A stretch of 64,000 nucleotides of DNA from Octopus sinensis (GCF_006345805.1 NC_043003.1:100564001-100628000), one strand, 5' to 3'; shown: positions 23,221-36,462, counted from the first letter of the stretch. Notes: generated by a model from the sequence alone, not told the origin. Made by a program: numbers and translations.

Positions 23221-24470
23221 AATCACTTTGTATAAAATCACTTTGATTTATACATTACTCCTACATAGTACATTATATATTTAACTAGACAGATACGATC
23301 TAACTAGCTATGATTATATTCTCTCTCTAATTGTACTATTTAATACTTATTGATTTAAATTATTTAATTTATTTCTATTAGACTATAAAAATAATTTAAA
23401 TTCTGCTCTATTTTTATCTCCATTTCTTAGTCTATTTCACTTTAACCCATATATAAAAAATTAGTTAGTTAAATTCTCTTAGTTTCTTTTACACTAATAA
23501 TTAATTCTGCTAATCCCAAACCTATTGTAATGTATTATAATATAATACAATATAATATAATATAGTATAATAATAATATAATTTTTTGGTTTCATTAAAA
23601 AACAACCCCTTTTTTCTTTCCTTTCTAATGACCTCTCATTGTAACCTGACAATCTATTAATAGTAACATTTATAAATAAAGAAATAAATTGTTGACCTCA
23701 GTTCGAATTTTGCACCAAAATAGCTTAGATTTTTCTTATAGTATCAACTTGTGTCCATCCCCTTAGCTTCCCGTTCCCTTCTCTTTGATAGCATTAATAG
23801 CAGTAACTGATTAAATTCTACTTCCTTCCTCCTTCCTCTGTGATTCTTGTAAATTTCAATAACAATCTGCCCCTCTACAGAATAAGACCGTCATTTTGCT
23901 TCTCATTCGGATTCCCTGATATTTTCGCATGATTGTACCCAAAATTTCTTCACATAATTATGAACTATAGGGACATGCACATATTCTGTAAGTACAAGAC
24001 TTTTTATCGGATCTCCAAGAATCGAACTTATCTGCGATTCTTGTAAATTTCAATAACAATCTGTTCCTCTACACGATATGACAGTCACTTGGCTTCTTAC
24101 TCAGATTTTCCTCTACACGATATGACAGTCACTTTGCTTCTTACTCAGATTTTCAAAAATTTCGCATGACTGTATCCGAAATTTCTTCACATAGCCTGAT
24201 TAGCAATTCAATATGAGCTATATATAGACATGCACAAATTCTGTAAGTTTAAAACCTTTCATCGGATCTCCAGGAATCGAACTTTCTTCAATGCAGTTTA
24301 TCTTACACCCTCTTTTGTATCTACCCCTTTTGATGTTTGGGAATTCTCTGATGTTTGCGGCTGACGAGTACAAGCCATCTGTATTTACTGCATTTTTTGT
24401 AGCTTATTAAAGATGTCCTCGAACGAAACAACTGTACCGAGATTTTAATCCATTCTTGTTGCTTTTTTCC
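23221..24470 (+). mobile_element. probable 3' UTR/pseudo-LTR of PLE family C, displaced by the CR1 insertion
   Basis: AT-rich; carries a + strand HHR about 34 nt before a (TA)n flank; orientation matches the PLE ORF; no TSD recognised. Confidence 0.55.
24358..24439 (+). ncRNA. type-I hammerhead ribozyme
   Basis: cgg-CTGACGA(24361-67)-gt...ac-GAAAC(24425-29)-aact-GTA(24434-36)-ccg; helix III is a near-palindrome ACA(A)CTGT. Confidence 0.75.
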
Positions 24471-24501
24471 TATATATATATATATAATATATATATATAA
24501 T

Positions 24502-24546
<45 letters not shown>

Positions 24547-24561
24547 ATATATGTATATATA

Positions 24562-24614
<53 letters not shown>

Positions 24615-24627
24615 ATATATATATATT

Positions 24628-24676
<49 letters not shown>

Positions 24677-24799
24677 GTATGTATATGTGTATCTATCTAT
24701 CTATCTATCTATCTATATATATATATAACTTTAAATACACAACCCAAAGAGCTAGAAATAGTCTTATACTTTTATGATACTTGATCAGGCATATTTATA

Positions 24800-26870
24800 A
24801 AATACACTATGTGTCTTAAAGCAATCTTTCATGCTCTGTTCATGTGTTATATATATATTTCAAAAACAAGGACTCTGGACAGTAAAAAAATACGAAAGAA
24901 ACATGAAGCTTTTATTACTCTAAAAGATCAGAAACCCAATTTCAGTAATAAGCCGACCTGTAAGCTTTTAAAGCCAGTGAGGACTGAAACAGATTTAGGA
25001 ACTAAAACAAAATACTAAGGAAGGTTAAGATCAGAATTAGAGAGAGAACTAAACTACAACAATGGTATAATAGCAACACTGTCATAGATTGGTTTAGGAA
25101 TATAGAAGATAAGCATAGAACTAAATTCAGTCAATTTAACATTGTTGGTTTTTATCCCTCAATATCAAGATCATTGCTAGATAAGGTGATTGAGTTTGCA
25201 AAAACATATGTAGATACATACCAAATACACCTGCAAGCAAGAAAGACTCTTGTACTTAGTAGGGGCTCAGCATGGGTTAAAAAATCAGAAACAGAAGAAT
25301 TGTTTTATGTATTGATGGAATTGTATGACAGTGCAAATATCTGCAATCTTGTGGGTTTCTTTATATTAAATACATTGAGAGCCAAGTTCCTATCCCATGA
25401 TGTTGGTCTATATAGAGATGATGGGTTGGGAATATCTCATGACTGTGATCGTCACACCCTTGATAAATTTAGGAAAAATCTCATTAGGCCTCAAAATCAC
25501 TGTTGCTACTAATCTGTCCTAAAGTCGATTTTTTAGATGTTTCCCCTAAACTTAAACTCCCTCTTCTATAAGATGTGTCATAGGCCAAATGAGGAGGTCC
25601 CATACATACATAAACAGTCCTGTCACACCCACTCCTATAGTCTTCAAAAATCTGATAGTTAACATTAGTAATATGGTATAAAATCTATTTTCTTCTAAAC
25701 AAATATTTGATAAGGAAACCCCCTACTATAACAATGCCCTAGCTAACAGTGACTTCAAAGATAAAATATATTACAACTCTTTAAGTAAAAATAGATAATT
25801 AAAAAAATAAACCTCAGAAAATAATTTGGTTCACCCCCTCCTTTCTCCCTTAATGTTAAGACTAACATAGGCAAGAAATTCCTGTCTCTTTTAGATAAAC
25901 ATTTTCCAATAAATCATAAATACAGGAAAATTTTTAATTTTTAACAGACACTCAATAAAAATATCATACAGCTGCTGCCTCAATATGTAGAACATTATAA
26001 CTCACAAAAATTATCAAGAGACCACTCCCAGTTGTAACTGTCAAAATCCTGAAGCTTGCCCACATGACCAGGCATATATGATAAACTCTGTCATATATGA
26101 GGCTGAAGTTATACCTCTATGCTCCAAGACAAATCAATTGAAAAGAAGAATTACATGTAAAGGCGAATTTAAGAGACATTATGCAAACCACCTGTCTTCA
26201 TTCCAGCACACTGATAAAAATAATACAACCAAGTTGACAAGACATGTATGGAATTTGTGGAGCAGCTCCATACCACATGCAATTAAGTGGAGAATAGTGG
26301 AGAAATCTAAGCCATATGTCAATGGATCTAAGAAATGCAACTTATGTGTAGCAGAAAGATCCCATATTTTTCTTACATCCAGCAATTCCAACAGATTGCT
26401 TAATTTGAGATCTGAGATTTTTAGCCGGTGTAGACACATGGACAGACTTCATTTATCAAATTGGAGGGCACCACTTGCTCTTGATTGAGTTTCTGTCTTG
26501 CAGACTTTCACATATTTTCTGTTACTTTGTTCTTAATCAGTTGTAGTTAACGAGCTTTCTGCAATCAGGGAGGATAGGGACCTTAGTTTTCTTGATTTTG
26601 TTTCTTTTTTTTGTTCCATTTTTTGTACCAAACTTCTTGATGTTTTTTCCACATTTAAAATTTTTTTACTGTCCAGCATCGTTGTTTAATGCATAAACAG
26701 AGCCTGAAAGATACTTGGTGCATTTTATAAATATGCCAGTTCGAGTATCATAAAAGCATGAAACTATTAGTTGCTCTTTCGGTTGTGTATTTAAATTGAT
26801 ACTTTTCTCTAACTGGATGGAGTACTTTTTTGTTGATTCTACCTCTATTGGATTTTAAACTACACACACA
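24800..26870 (+). mobile_element. degenerate PLE (RT plus GIY-YIG) with 3' UTR
   Basis: LKDQKPNF..TCKLL, VGLYRDDGL, WFTP, VIYEAEV..FKRHYANH..CNLCVAE..RCRH. Confidence 0.85.
26699..26777 (+). ncRNA. degenerate hammerhead candidate in a PLE 3' UTR
   Basis: agagc-CTGAAAG..GAAAC-tatta-GTT-gctct: 5-bp helix I and helix III present, but the core and helix II junction are non-canonical. Confidence 0.45.
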
Positions 26871-27169
26871 CATAGATCTCTAGTTAAAACACTGAGTTTA
26901 TAAAATAATGAAAATTCAGAATTTAAATTTTCTTATAATAATCATATATTTAAAAATTACAAATGTGTTAAACAAATCCTACAAATTTTTGTAGTTTGCA
27001 GCTGTTAGATATTTTAAACCTTAGGCACAGTACTGATAACAAGGACAGTCTGCCATAAGACTTCAGGTTGTTGGTAACATGCAAAATAGATCTGATACTT
27101 ATCAGCAGAAACAATAAGAAACCAAACAGATATGGACAGGCAGATGCAAATTGAAATAGTTTCACTCAC

Positions 27170-27190
27170 CAAACAAGTAAACGTATTCTT
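27170..27190 (-). CDS. candidate 21-nt microexon of an unidentified gene
   Basis: tttatttattgccacccag|AAGAATACGTTTACTTGTTTG|gtgagt; frame-preserving; no flanking exons confirmed. Confidence 0.3.
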
Positions 27191-27873
27191 CTGGGTGGCA
27201 ATAAATAAAGTAAATGGTCAGAAGCACCAATGTTATTATTTCAAGCATATTAGACATAAAGCAACCAAAGAATGAGTGTCTTGTGTAATTTCACACAAAC
27301 ACACTCAAATATATTTGCACACACACACACACACACAACATATATGTCCAAAATCCATGTCAGCATGGAAGACAGATGTTAGAAGATGATATATATATAT
27401 GTGTAAATGAAACACATGCATCTAATAAATGTAAATTTAATAGTAACATATACAACAAGGAATCCTCACCTCATAAACAGCCAATAACTCTAAACAAATA
27501 TATTGCAATTAGTGTTGATAGTAGTAATACTAAATATATCAAATTTAAAGAACATAAGAATACATTACACACACACACACACATTCTGTTATATGTAACA
27601 GAAATAGTATTAGATTAAAATGGCTATCTGTGTATCATTCTGTAAGTAAATACATCACAAAAAATGCCCAATTAGGCAGACTCACACATTTAGCATTCTC
27701 ACCAGCCACGGATGGATGATTTTTGTCTGTTACTGATATAATTTGTGTTTTTATCACAGTAGTCAATAAGAGATATTCTCACTAGATGAATACCACAGTA
27801 AATTTGTGTATTTGTGATGTACAATTAAGTATGATACATAGATTTCTCTCTCTCTCTCTCTGACATTTACATA

Positions 27874-27959
<86 letters not shown>

Positions 27960-28139
27960 GTGTGTGTGTGTAAATAAACAAGAAATAAAGATGAATTTTC
28001 TTTGTGATGATCATTTCCAAAAGAATGGTTATTATTTACCTATACATTCATATACAGATTTTGTATAATGCAGCATCATAATAGATAAAATATCCATTTC
28101 ATTTTGTGAAATATTGTGCTGAATCATCATGTTAAATCT

Positions 28140-29150
28140 GTGAGAAATACATCTCAGTAATGGGATCTAGTAATGGATTTAGTAGATATATATTATACAA
28201 CTTAAAAAATAATTCTTTGGATGTTGTGGGTGGTCTTTATATGGATGACACTTTATTCCTCTTACCATAACCATGATAATGTAGAAATAGAATAAGTAAA
28301 ACAGGAAATTCTTCAAAAATATTGGTCTCTGTGTTACAATAAAAAATTATTTAATTTCTTTGATGTCACACTTGAATTAAATACAGCCATACCAACTGAA
28401 TGAACATCTCCATTATGATGAACTTGCACTTAACAGCAGTATTAGTCATAAGTGGTCAAGAAAGTTGACTAATCCCACTAATATATGCTGTATTATACAC
28501 ATGAAACATGTGCATCTAATAAATATAAATTTAATAGTAACACACACAGCAAGGAATCTTCACATCATAAACAATTAGTATTGATAGTAATACTAAACCT
28601 ATCAAATTTGAGAAACATAAGAATACATTATAAAATAGGGAATTACATGGCATAGTCCACCATATGCAATCAATTTAAATACTTAATGTTCCTAATATTT
28701 GTTAATACATTAGAGAGACACTTCTCTCCTACTAGTAGATACTGAAAATTTTTCAGCCAACACATTGTTAAACTTTCCTATTTGACCACTTTGGACTTAA
28801 CTGATAATATAGTTACCATTTATTATGAAAAGAATTTTAAAAAATCTGTTCAGGAATAATATAGATAAATTTTATCATCCAGGCATTAACCCCCATCCCT
28901 ATTTAAACAATTCCGACATAATAGGGGTAATATCAAGAACATTGAAGCTTCCAATATCTATCTAGTACAAATTCCTTAAGTAGTAACCCTATAATTGATA
29001 TACAGAGAAATAATAATGGGTCTAATGGCAGTGTTAACTAATATCCTTCCCTTAATGTAATAAATTACAATGGTAGTGATAATTTTAGTCACAATAAAGA
29101 GAAGTAACAATTATTATAAAAATGTTAACAACCATCTCATTCAGAATAGT
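28140..29150 (+). mobile_element. old PLE RT remnant
   Basis: Readable MGSSNG and VGGLYMDDTLF motifs, otherwise eroded; 28500-28632 resembles 27406-27570. Confidence 0.55.
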
Positions 29151-29228
29151 CTTGTAACTAATAATTGTAAACATTTTAATAAGATTACTTCGTCCAACCC
29201 ATGCTAGCATGGAAAACGGACGCTAAAC

Positions 29229-29261
<33 letters not shown>

Positions 29262-30947
29262 AACAGTAATAATTAGCAATACTGGTAATAGTAAATGCTA
29301 ATAACAATAGTAGAAAGAGAATAAAGCATTATCTGTATAAAAACCTACAATATTGAAGACATTATTTTTCAGACTGTGTAATATATAATCATATTTTATA
29401 TTTTCTTTAAGTACTTTCAGCCAGAGGCTGAGGCCATGCTGGGGCACCACCTTTTAGTGTGATTGGGTTTTGTTTTTAGCAAAGTAGCAAGTTGGATAGA
29501 GCTGCACTTCTTTGTGTCTCCAGCTATGATGTGGGTATTCTTACAAATTGATTCAACACAGCCTTTGACAAAATCAAATGGATGTTTTATTTTATTTTTA
29601 AGCAACATTACACAATATCTATATATGTACAAACAGGTAAACTATAAATAACAATTCAATAAAGACGACTGTCATGTTTGGATCAGAAGGATTCCCAATA
29701 CTTTGATATACATTATTTTGAAGCTGGAAATATGTGATAAGTTATTTATGGACTTTGAGCTTTATGTGGAAATACTTTTCAAACTGGATTAAAAACTTTA
29801 TAGTTTTTGGTTTTGAAATCAACAAGGCTCTAAAAAAAAATGTTGATATAACATGATTAGAGTACATAAATTTGAAAACCTGTACGTTTGGTTGATGTAT
29901 TGAAATGACAGAAGTATGGCTATATAGAATATGTGGAGACATGTATGTGTGTGTATAGGAGGGTGCTTGTACAGTCAACAAGTTATATGTAAATGTGAAG
30001 ATATGTGCATGTGTTAGCATACAGACTTAGCATGTGTATGCAAGTGTATGTGTGTGAGGGGTGAAATGTCTATGTATGCAGCATTCTACATCTTATATTA
30101 TTATGCTTTTTCATATCACAATTGCATCAGCCAATCAACTTTATGTACTACAGTCATGTGACATTAACAGTATTTTCTAGTGTATTCTATTGATTTCCAT
30201 ACCAAACCTATAAACACACTGCCCAGAATGTTTTGAATCCAGTTTGAAAAGTGCTTGAGGTTTATCAATAACTCCTGCATATTCAACTTAACAGTAATAC
30301 AACATATATATTATACATATCATGGGTTTACTTGTCTCCCATTTGAAAAATAAAATGTTTGTAAATATACAAACATATATGTATGTCTGTGTATGTATGT
30401 ATGTACACACACAATTCTGCACAGTTTCATGGTACTAGATGCAAACAAAAAATGTGTAATGAAAGATGGAAGCTCTCACATTGTCAATTAACGACAGAGT
30501 ATCTAGGTAAATTTAACAATTAATCATGATATGAAAAAGAATTAAATACCATTTATTCTGTATTACAGTTGCTTTCATCAATTTCCTTGGCTTAATTAAG
30601 AAATATTTATTATATGACTTGTAATAGTAATGATTTTCATTTTTAAGATTTGAATAGTTGTAAAGTAATTCCAATTAAGAATGAGAAACAGCTTGTTGGT
30701 CTGGTTCAGTGAGAAAGAATTTACAGCTAAATAGAATATTTCATTGCATTATGTCACAATAATATTTATACTATGATAAATAAGTGTAAACTGATAGGAA
30801 TTATGCATCAAAACTGAGATAACACTGGATATTGTAAAATATATTTAGTCCTGTGCCTTGCTACTGTCAACCAACTAACCATTTTTACTCTATCTCTCAC
30901 ACAAACACAAATACACATATGCCTGCTTGCCTGCCTGCCTACATACA

Positions 30948-30999
<52 letters not shown>

Positions 31000-31000
31000 C

Positions 31001-31330
31001 AGGCACAGGAGTGGCTGTGTGGTAAGTAGCTTGCTTACCAACCACATGGTTCCAGGTTCAGTCCCACTGCATGGCATCTTGGGCAAGTGTCATCTACTAT
31101 AGCCTCGGGCCAACCAAAGCTTTGTGAGTGGATTTGAGAGAAGCCCATCATATATGTGTGTGTGTTTGTGTGTCCCGTAACTTAGTGGTTCAACAAAAGA
31201 GACTGATAGAATAAGTACTAGGCTTACAAAGAATAAGCCCTGAGATCGATTTGTTCAACTAAAGGTGGTGCTCCAGCATGGCCCCAGCCAAGTGACTGAA
31301 ACAAATAAAATAAAATAAAATAAAAAATAA
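31001..31330 (+). mobile_element. CORE-type SINE
   Basis: Head, CORE and GGTGGTGCTCCAGCATGGCC..CTGAAACAAATAAAA tail. Confidence 0.85.
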
Positions 31331-31363
31331 AAAACAAAGTTATTTTATTTCACACAGGTAGAA

Positions 31364-31949
31364 TATAGGAAAAATAGAAGTTGAAAATGCACTGACAATA
31401 GTTAAAATATTTTCATTAATATATTTAAAGCTTTAACCGGTTTCACTGTTTACACTGATTTTCAAGAAGTTCAAATAGAAAGACGTGGCTTATGTCACAG
31501 CTGTCTTGCTTCTGACTAGTGTTTGAAGTTTGCCCTGTTTTATAGGGTGTTCATGGCTCAAATTAGTATATGAGCATTAGTATATAGAGCACTGATTGTT
31601 TGGACATGTGCAGTCAACTGTGTCAGCTTTAGCTTATGATGCCAAACATTGTCACTTTATAATAACACACGGATGTACAGGGGAACCTACAAAAATTTCT
31701 AAGACCAGTCATGTGACTATCTTCTACCAATCCAATCCTATCCAAAACATATATGAATTTGAGCCATGAACTCCCAATAAAAATAGGACAAGCTAGAAAC
31801 ACTAGTCAGAAGCAAGACAGCTGCGACATAAACCCATGTCTTTCTATTTGAACTTTTTGAAAATCAGTGTAAACTGTGAAACCAGTTAAAGCTTTAAATA
31901 TATTAATAAAAAATACTATTCTCAGTGCAGTTTCAACTTCTATTTTTCC

Positions 31950-31953
<4 letters not shown>
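31364..31953. mobile_element. fold-back MITE with ~160-bp TIRs
   Basis: 31364-31524 inverted against 31797-31953; TA at both ends; non-coding centre. Confidence 0.8.
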
Positions 31954-32014
<61 letters not shown>

Positions 32015-32477
32015 GTGTTGTGTCTGGGGAGGGCTAAGTTACAGGGATGTAAACACACCAACATTGCTACAGAATATATACTATAAAATATATCTATTAA
32101 ATATATATTCTATAGCATTAGTAGATATCTTCTACAGCAATGATAGATATATTCTCTATATTTATTGACATATCCTGTATATTTAAAGAGGGCTACATAT
32201 TAACTGAGAGCACTTATTAACTGTGGATAATTAAAGAGGGTACTGGTTCTGATGAAATCTCAACACAAGATTGAACCCTGTCTGGTTGATTACTCTTTTT
32301 CTTTCCATGAAGATACTGTATATATAGACAGGATGTTTACATCTACCTGTACATACAGTGTTGGTCAGAAATCTATATGTATTACAGTGTAGCACCAGAA
32401 TAAAATACTATTAAGAAACCACTTATTAATTGCTGGCATGCAGATACACACAGACACACACAGTGTGTGTGTGTGTG

Positions 32478-33371
32478 TACAAGGTACATTAAATAAGTAT
32501 CTGACTTTTTTTTTTCCAATCAAAACTAAAGCGGCATGGACAAATTCTTTTGGGTGGGAGGTGACACCACCTTTCCTGCATGTGCAAAAATTTTCATGCC
32601 AGTAACTGACATCAGTTTCTGGGTGTTACACATAGAGTACAGACATGTAGTGCAAACTTGTTAGATTTTCATTTTCATGCAAGATGTCCAAACACATTGA
32701 CTTCAGACCATAAATCTATATCTCCAGTGATGATGGTCATCATGAAGTCTGGGTTGTAGTTTGCAGAGACCAGCATATCCTGAGTGATGGCCATGCAAAG
32801 TTGCTACTGCTATTCTGCCAGCACCTTGGGGACTAATTTCGCAGACACTCTCCGCATGCACAAATCCTCTGTTAAAATGGAATGCACTGATCCTTTGGCT
32901 ATTCTCACTTCATGAAAAGTTTCCTGGATTGTTACACAATGGTCTGCCATGACCATTCACTGAACCTTCTCAAACAGGTGCTCATTTTGGTTTGTAGATA
33001 GCATGCCTGGGTGTGCCTAGCTCTCCACTGAAGTATAGCCATGTTTGAAGCAGTTGTACCAATCAAAGATTGGTACAACTAAGTTTTGTTGAATTTTCTG
33101 GGTGATTTGAACTTGAGTATCACCAAGCTGTTAGCAAAAGTTGATGCGATATCTCTGCTAGTTGTGGTCAGTCAAAATGATAATCCAACAAATGTGCACT
33201 ACATGTCCATACTCTAGGCATAATAGCCAGGAGCTGAAGTAGTCTACTGGCGCAAAAATGTTAACATATCTGCAGGAAGGGTAGTGTTACTTCCTGCCAA
33301 AAGGGTTTATCCACATAACATTAGTTTTGGCAGGAAAAAATAAAGTTACATACTTTTTGGATGCTCTCATA
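32478..33371 (-). mobile_element. internally deleted mariner
   Basis: Imperfect TIRs (TACAAGGTACATTAAATAAGTATCTGACTTTT / its counterpart at 33335-33371); VSAKLVPKVL motif on the minus strand. Confidence 0.7.
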
Positions 33372-33409
33372 TATATGTACATACATAAAAACATGTATGT
33401 AGAAATATG

Positions 33410-33476
<67 letters not shown>

Positions 33477-33510
33477 GAAAGAATGGAGTCGAACAACGAT
33501 TTTAACAAAA

Positions 33511-33609
33511 TTCCTTTACTCTCGACACATGTTTCGAAGGCTGCATATTCCTAATTCCGAAGGAATAAAGGGTGCATTATGCCGCCATCTCATCAGGAAA
33601 GACAAGGAA
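33511..33609 (-). ncRNA. type-I hammerhead ribozyme (family B, GUC site)
   Basis: tttc-CTGATGA-ga.ggc.gcata...tatgc.gcc.tc-GAAAC-atgt-GTC-gaga; helix III palindrome ACATGTGT/CATG. Confidence 0.87.
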
Positions 33610-33942
33610 CTTATGTCAGCACCATGAAGAGTAAAACTTTTAGATGACTGCCTACATGATGTCCACAGTAATAATGAGTGTTTCTTTAAAATATCCCATT
33701 ATAAGCAATGACGTCAAAGTTGGTTGGATGGAGAATGTTCTAAAGCATTCAAGAGTTCAAATTTGGTTGGGGGGAGAAAGCTTTAGGAAGGGGATAGAGT
33801 GCAAGCTGTATTGTATGGGGATGCGTGGGTGTATTCTATTGTTAATGAGTTTGAGTGCTTGTGTGTGTGTATGTATATAACTGGATTCGTGCCTGTGTGT
33901 GTGTGTGTGTGTGTGTGCGTGACTGTGTGTGTAGGGTGACAA

Positions 33943-35913
33943 ATGTCAGAAACATTTAGTAGTGAGGTGACAGATTTGTGTAAGTACATTTTAGATAAAT
34001 ATATACCTATATTAATCAAAAAGTTAAAACTCAGCTTGTGGTCCAACTCCGCTCAAGCTATTACTGATAAGGAAAACACAAAATTTATACAATTCGACAT
34101 ATCTAGTTTCTACCCCTCGATCAACCCTAGTGTACTCAATAAGGCCCTGTGGCACGCGCATAATAAGGCAGGGCTCTCCAGGGAGGAAATCAATGTAATA
34201 TTAGCAGCTAGAAAGTCTTTCATACAGTTCGATAATAAGTTGTGGGTCCGAAGAGACACCCCTAACGTGTTCGATGTGCTAATGGGAAGTACAGACAGCA
34301 CCCAAATAGCCGATTTGGTCGGAATTTATATTGTCTATGAATTGGCCGACCAATTCCCGGACATCTGTGGCGGTCTATATCGGGACGATTGTCTACTTTA
34401 CCTCCAGAATGCTTCGAACCATAGAATACAGAAGATTAAGAGCAGATTAGCTAGATTTTTTAGGAGAATGGGCCTGAGTATAGTTTTTGACGATGAATTA
34501 ACTAAAGCCAACTTCTTAGACATTACCCTAAATCTACAAAATAATTCATACTTCCCTTATAAGCCTTCTACTAATCTTAAATATATCAGCATTTTCAGCA
34601 ACCATGCCAAAACAATTACCGATAATTTAGTTAAAAACATTTCTTTAAGACTGTCGAAATTGTCTGCCAATGTCGACATCTTTAACCAGAAAGCGGAATT
34701 TTACAACGCCGCCTTATCAAAAGCCGGTTATAGAGATAAAGTATCATACACCGACCCAGCCCATTCTAAACCAATAAATGCTTCTCAGGATAAGAAAACT
34801 AATAACAATAGAAATAGTGAGAATAAGGATTCCAGCTCTAACAATGTCGGCACCCCTGTACATAAGAAAAGTAATTTACGGACCAGGGGAGGAAATAGAC
34901 AACCAACCCCAAATTTCCAACATAGAAATTTTCCCTTTACTGTCAATGGTAGCAATATGACCAATTCTAAATCCACAAAAAACTATATCTGGTTTGTTAT
35001 ACCTTTTGGGAAGCAAATCAAATCAAACCTTCCTTTACAGTTCCGTGAGGCCGTAGCTAAGAACTTTCCCAGGGATTCTAGGTATTACTCAACTTTCAAT
35101 TCGCATAGGGTAAGGATTGCATTCTCTAACACTAAAAATCTTTCGCAAATTATCGCCTCCCATAATAATAAGCTGCTAAACAAAGATTCTTCACCCAGGA
35201 GTTACAACACTATTCTCACCAATTCCAACCAAACATACAATAGTAATGATAGAGGTAGTATTGATAATAACAACATTCGTAACAGCGTTAGTATTAACAA
35301 TGGTAATATTAGTAATAGTATTAGTCAAATTAATAACAGTAGTAGTGTTGATGGTAACAACGAGAGCATTTCTATTGTCAGGGATATTGCCGGTGATAGT
35401 ATAACTAATAATAATAACAATAATAGAAATAGTGTAGTGATCAACGCTAGCAGTAATGTTAACAGCAATCAGAACAATAGAAACTCCGTTTTAATCTCGG
35501 AGGAAAACCCTAACAGATTAAAGTTCTTATCCAGTAATTCCAAAATTAAAAACTCCATTTACCAGTGTAGGATTTCTTCCAGTACCGGTGTCTTCTATAT
35601 TGGCGCGACAACTTCTCGTTTGTCCCAGAGAATTTCCAATCATTATTCAACTTTCCAAGATAAGAGAAAACAACAGAGTACAGGACTAAGTAAATTAGTT
35701 TGGTGTCTTAAGGACAGCAATATAACTTTCAAACTGGACTGGTCCATATTATCTGTATCTTTTCCTTTTGATAAGGGCAGGAAATTCTGTGGCCTTTGTA
35801 ATTCCAAACTCTTCTTTATCCTTTTCTCCAAATTCCCCTTGGTAAACACAATTATAGAAAAATCCTATAAGTGCAAACATTGGCAGAGACATACTTTCCT
35901 CTCATATGAATGA
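33943..35913 (+). CDS. PLE reverse transcriptase plus GIY-YIG endonuclease (656 aa; first ~13 codons from the inverted arm)
   Basis: FIQFDISSFYPS, LMGSTDS, GGLYRDD, NFLDITL, FSNH, WFVIPF, SIYQC..FYIGAT..RISNH, CGLC, CKHW; no internal stop. Confidence 0.93.
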   Translation: MSETFSSEVTDLCKYILDKYIPILIKKLKLSLWSNSAQAITDKENTKFIQFDISSFYPSINPSVLNKALWHAHNKAGLSREEINVILAARKSFIQFDNKLWVRRDTPNVFDVLMGSTDSTQIADLVGIYIVYELADQFPDICGGLYRDDCLLYLQNASNHRIQKIKSRLARFFRRMGLSIVFDDELTKANFLDITLNLQNNSYFPYKPSTNLKYISIFSNHAKTITDNLVKNISLRLSKLSANVDIFNQKAEFYNAALSKAGYRDKVSYTDPAHSKPINASQDKKTNNNRNSENKDSSSNNVGTPVHKKSNLRTRGGNRQPTPNFQHRNFPFTVNGSNMTNSKSTKNYIWFVIPFGKQIKSNLPLQFREAVAKNFPRDSRYYSTFNSHRVRIAFSNTKNLSQIIASHNNKLLNKDSSPRSYNTILTNSNQTYNSNDRGSIDNNNIRNSVSINNGNISNSISQINNSSSVDGNNESISIVRDIAGDSITNNNNNNRNSVVINASSNVNSNQNNRNSVLISEENPNRLKFLSSNSKIKNSIYQCRISSSTGVFYIGATTSRLSQRISNHYSTFQDKRKQQSTGLSKLVWCLKDSNITFKLDWSILSVSFPFDKGRKFCGLCNSKLFFILFSKFPLVNTIIEKSYKCKHWQRHTFLSYE

Positions 35914-36462
35914 TGATTAGTATAGATAACCTCTTTGATTTTAATAATTTAGTTTCACTTCTACAACACCACCATAGACAATTTCTTTTTTACTACTACG
36001 TTACATGAAGAATTACTACTAAATTTGTTGGGATATGTTTTCCTCTTTTTCTCTGCATCTCCCCACCTCTCTCTCTTTCTATCATACCCACAATCGAACA
36101 CACAGACACAAATCTGTCACCTCACTACTAAATGTTTCTGACATTTGTCACCCTACACACAGTCACGCACACACACAAACAGGCACGAATCCAGTTATAT
36201 ACATACACACAAGCACTCAAACACATTAACAATAGAATACACCCACACATCCCCATACAATACAGCTTGCACTCTATCCCCTTCCTAAAGCTTTCTCCTC
36301 CCAACCAAATTTGAACTCTTGAATGCTTTAGAACATTCTCCATCCAACCAACTTTGACGTCATTGCTTATAATGGGATATTTTAAAGAAACACTCATTAT
36401 TACTGTGGACATCATGTAGGCAGTCATCTAAATGTTTTTACTCTTCATGGTGCTGACATAAG

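Noticed and set aside
23700-24300. Cys-containing minus-strand frames as CR1 ORF1
   Set aside because: Multiple stops, no recognisable domain; better explained as duplicated UTR
29640-29723. Possible minus-strand exon LQNNVYQSIGNPSDPNMT after a tatttccag acceptor
   Set aside because: No convincing donor and no supporting neighbours
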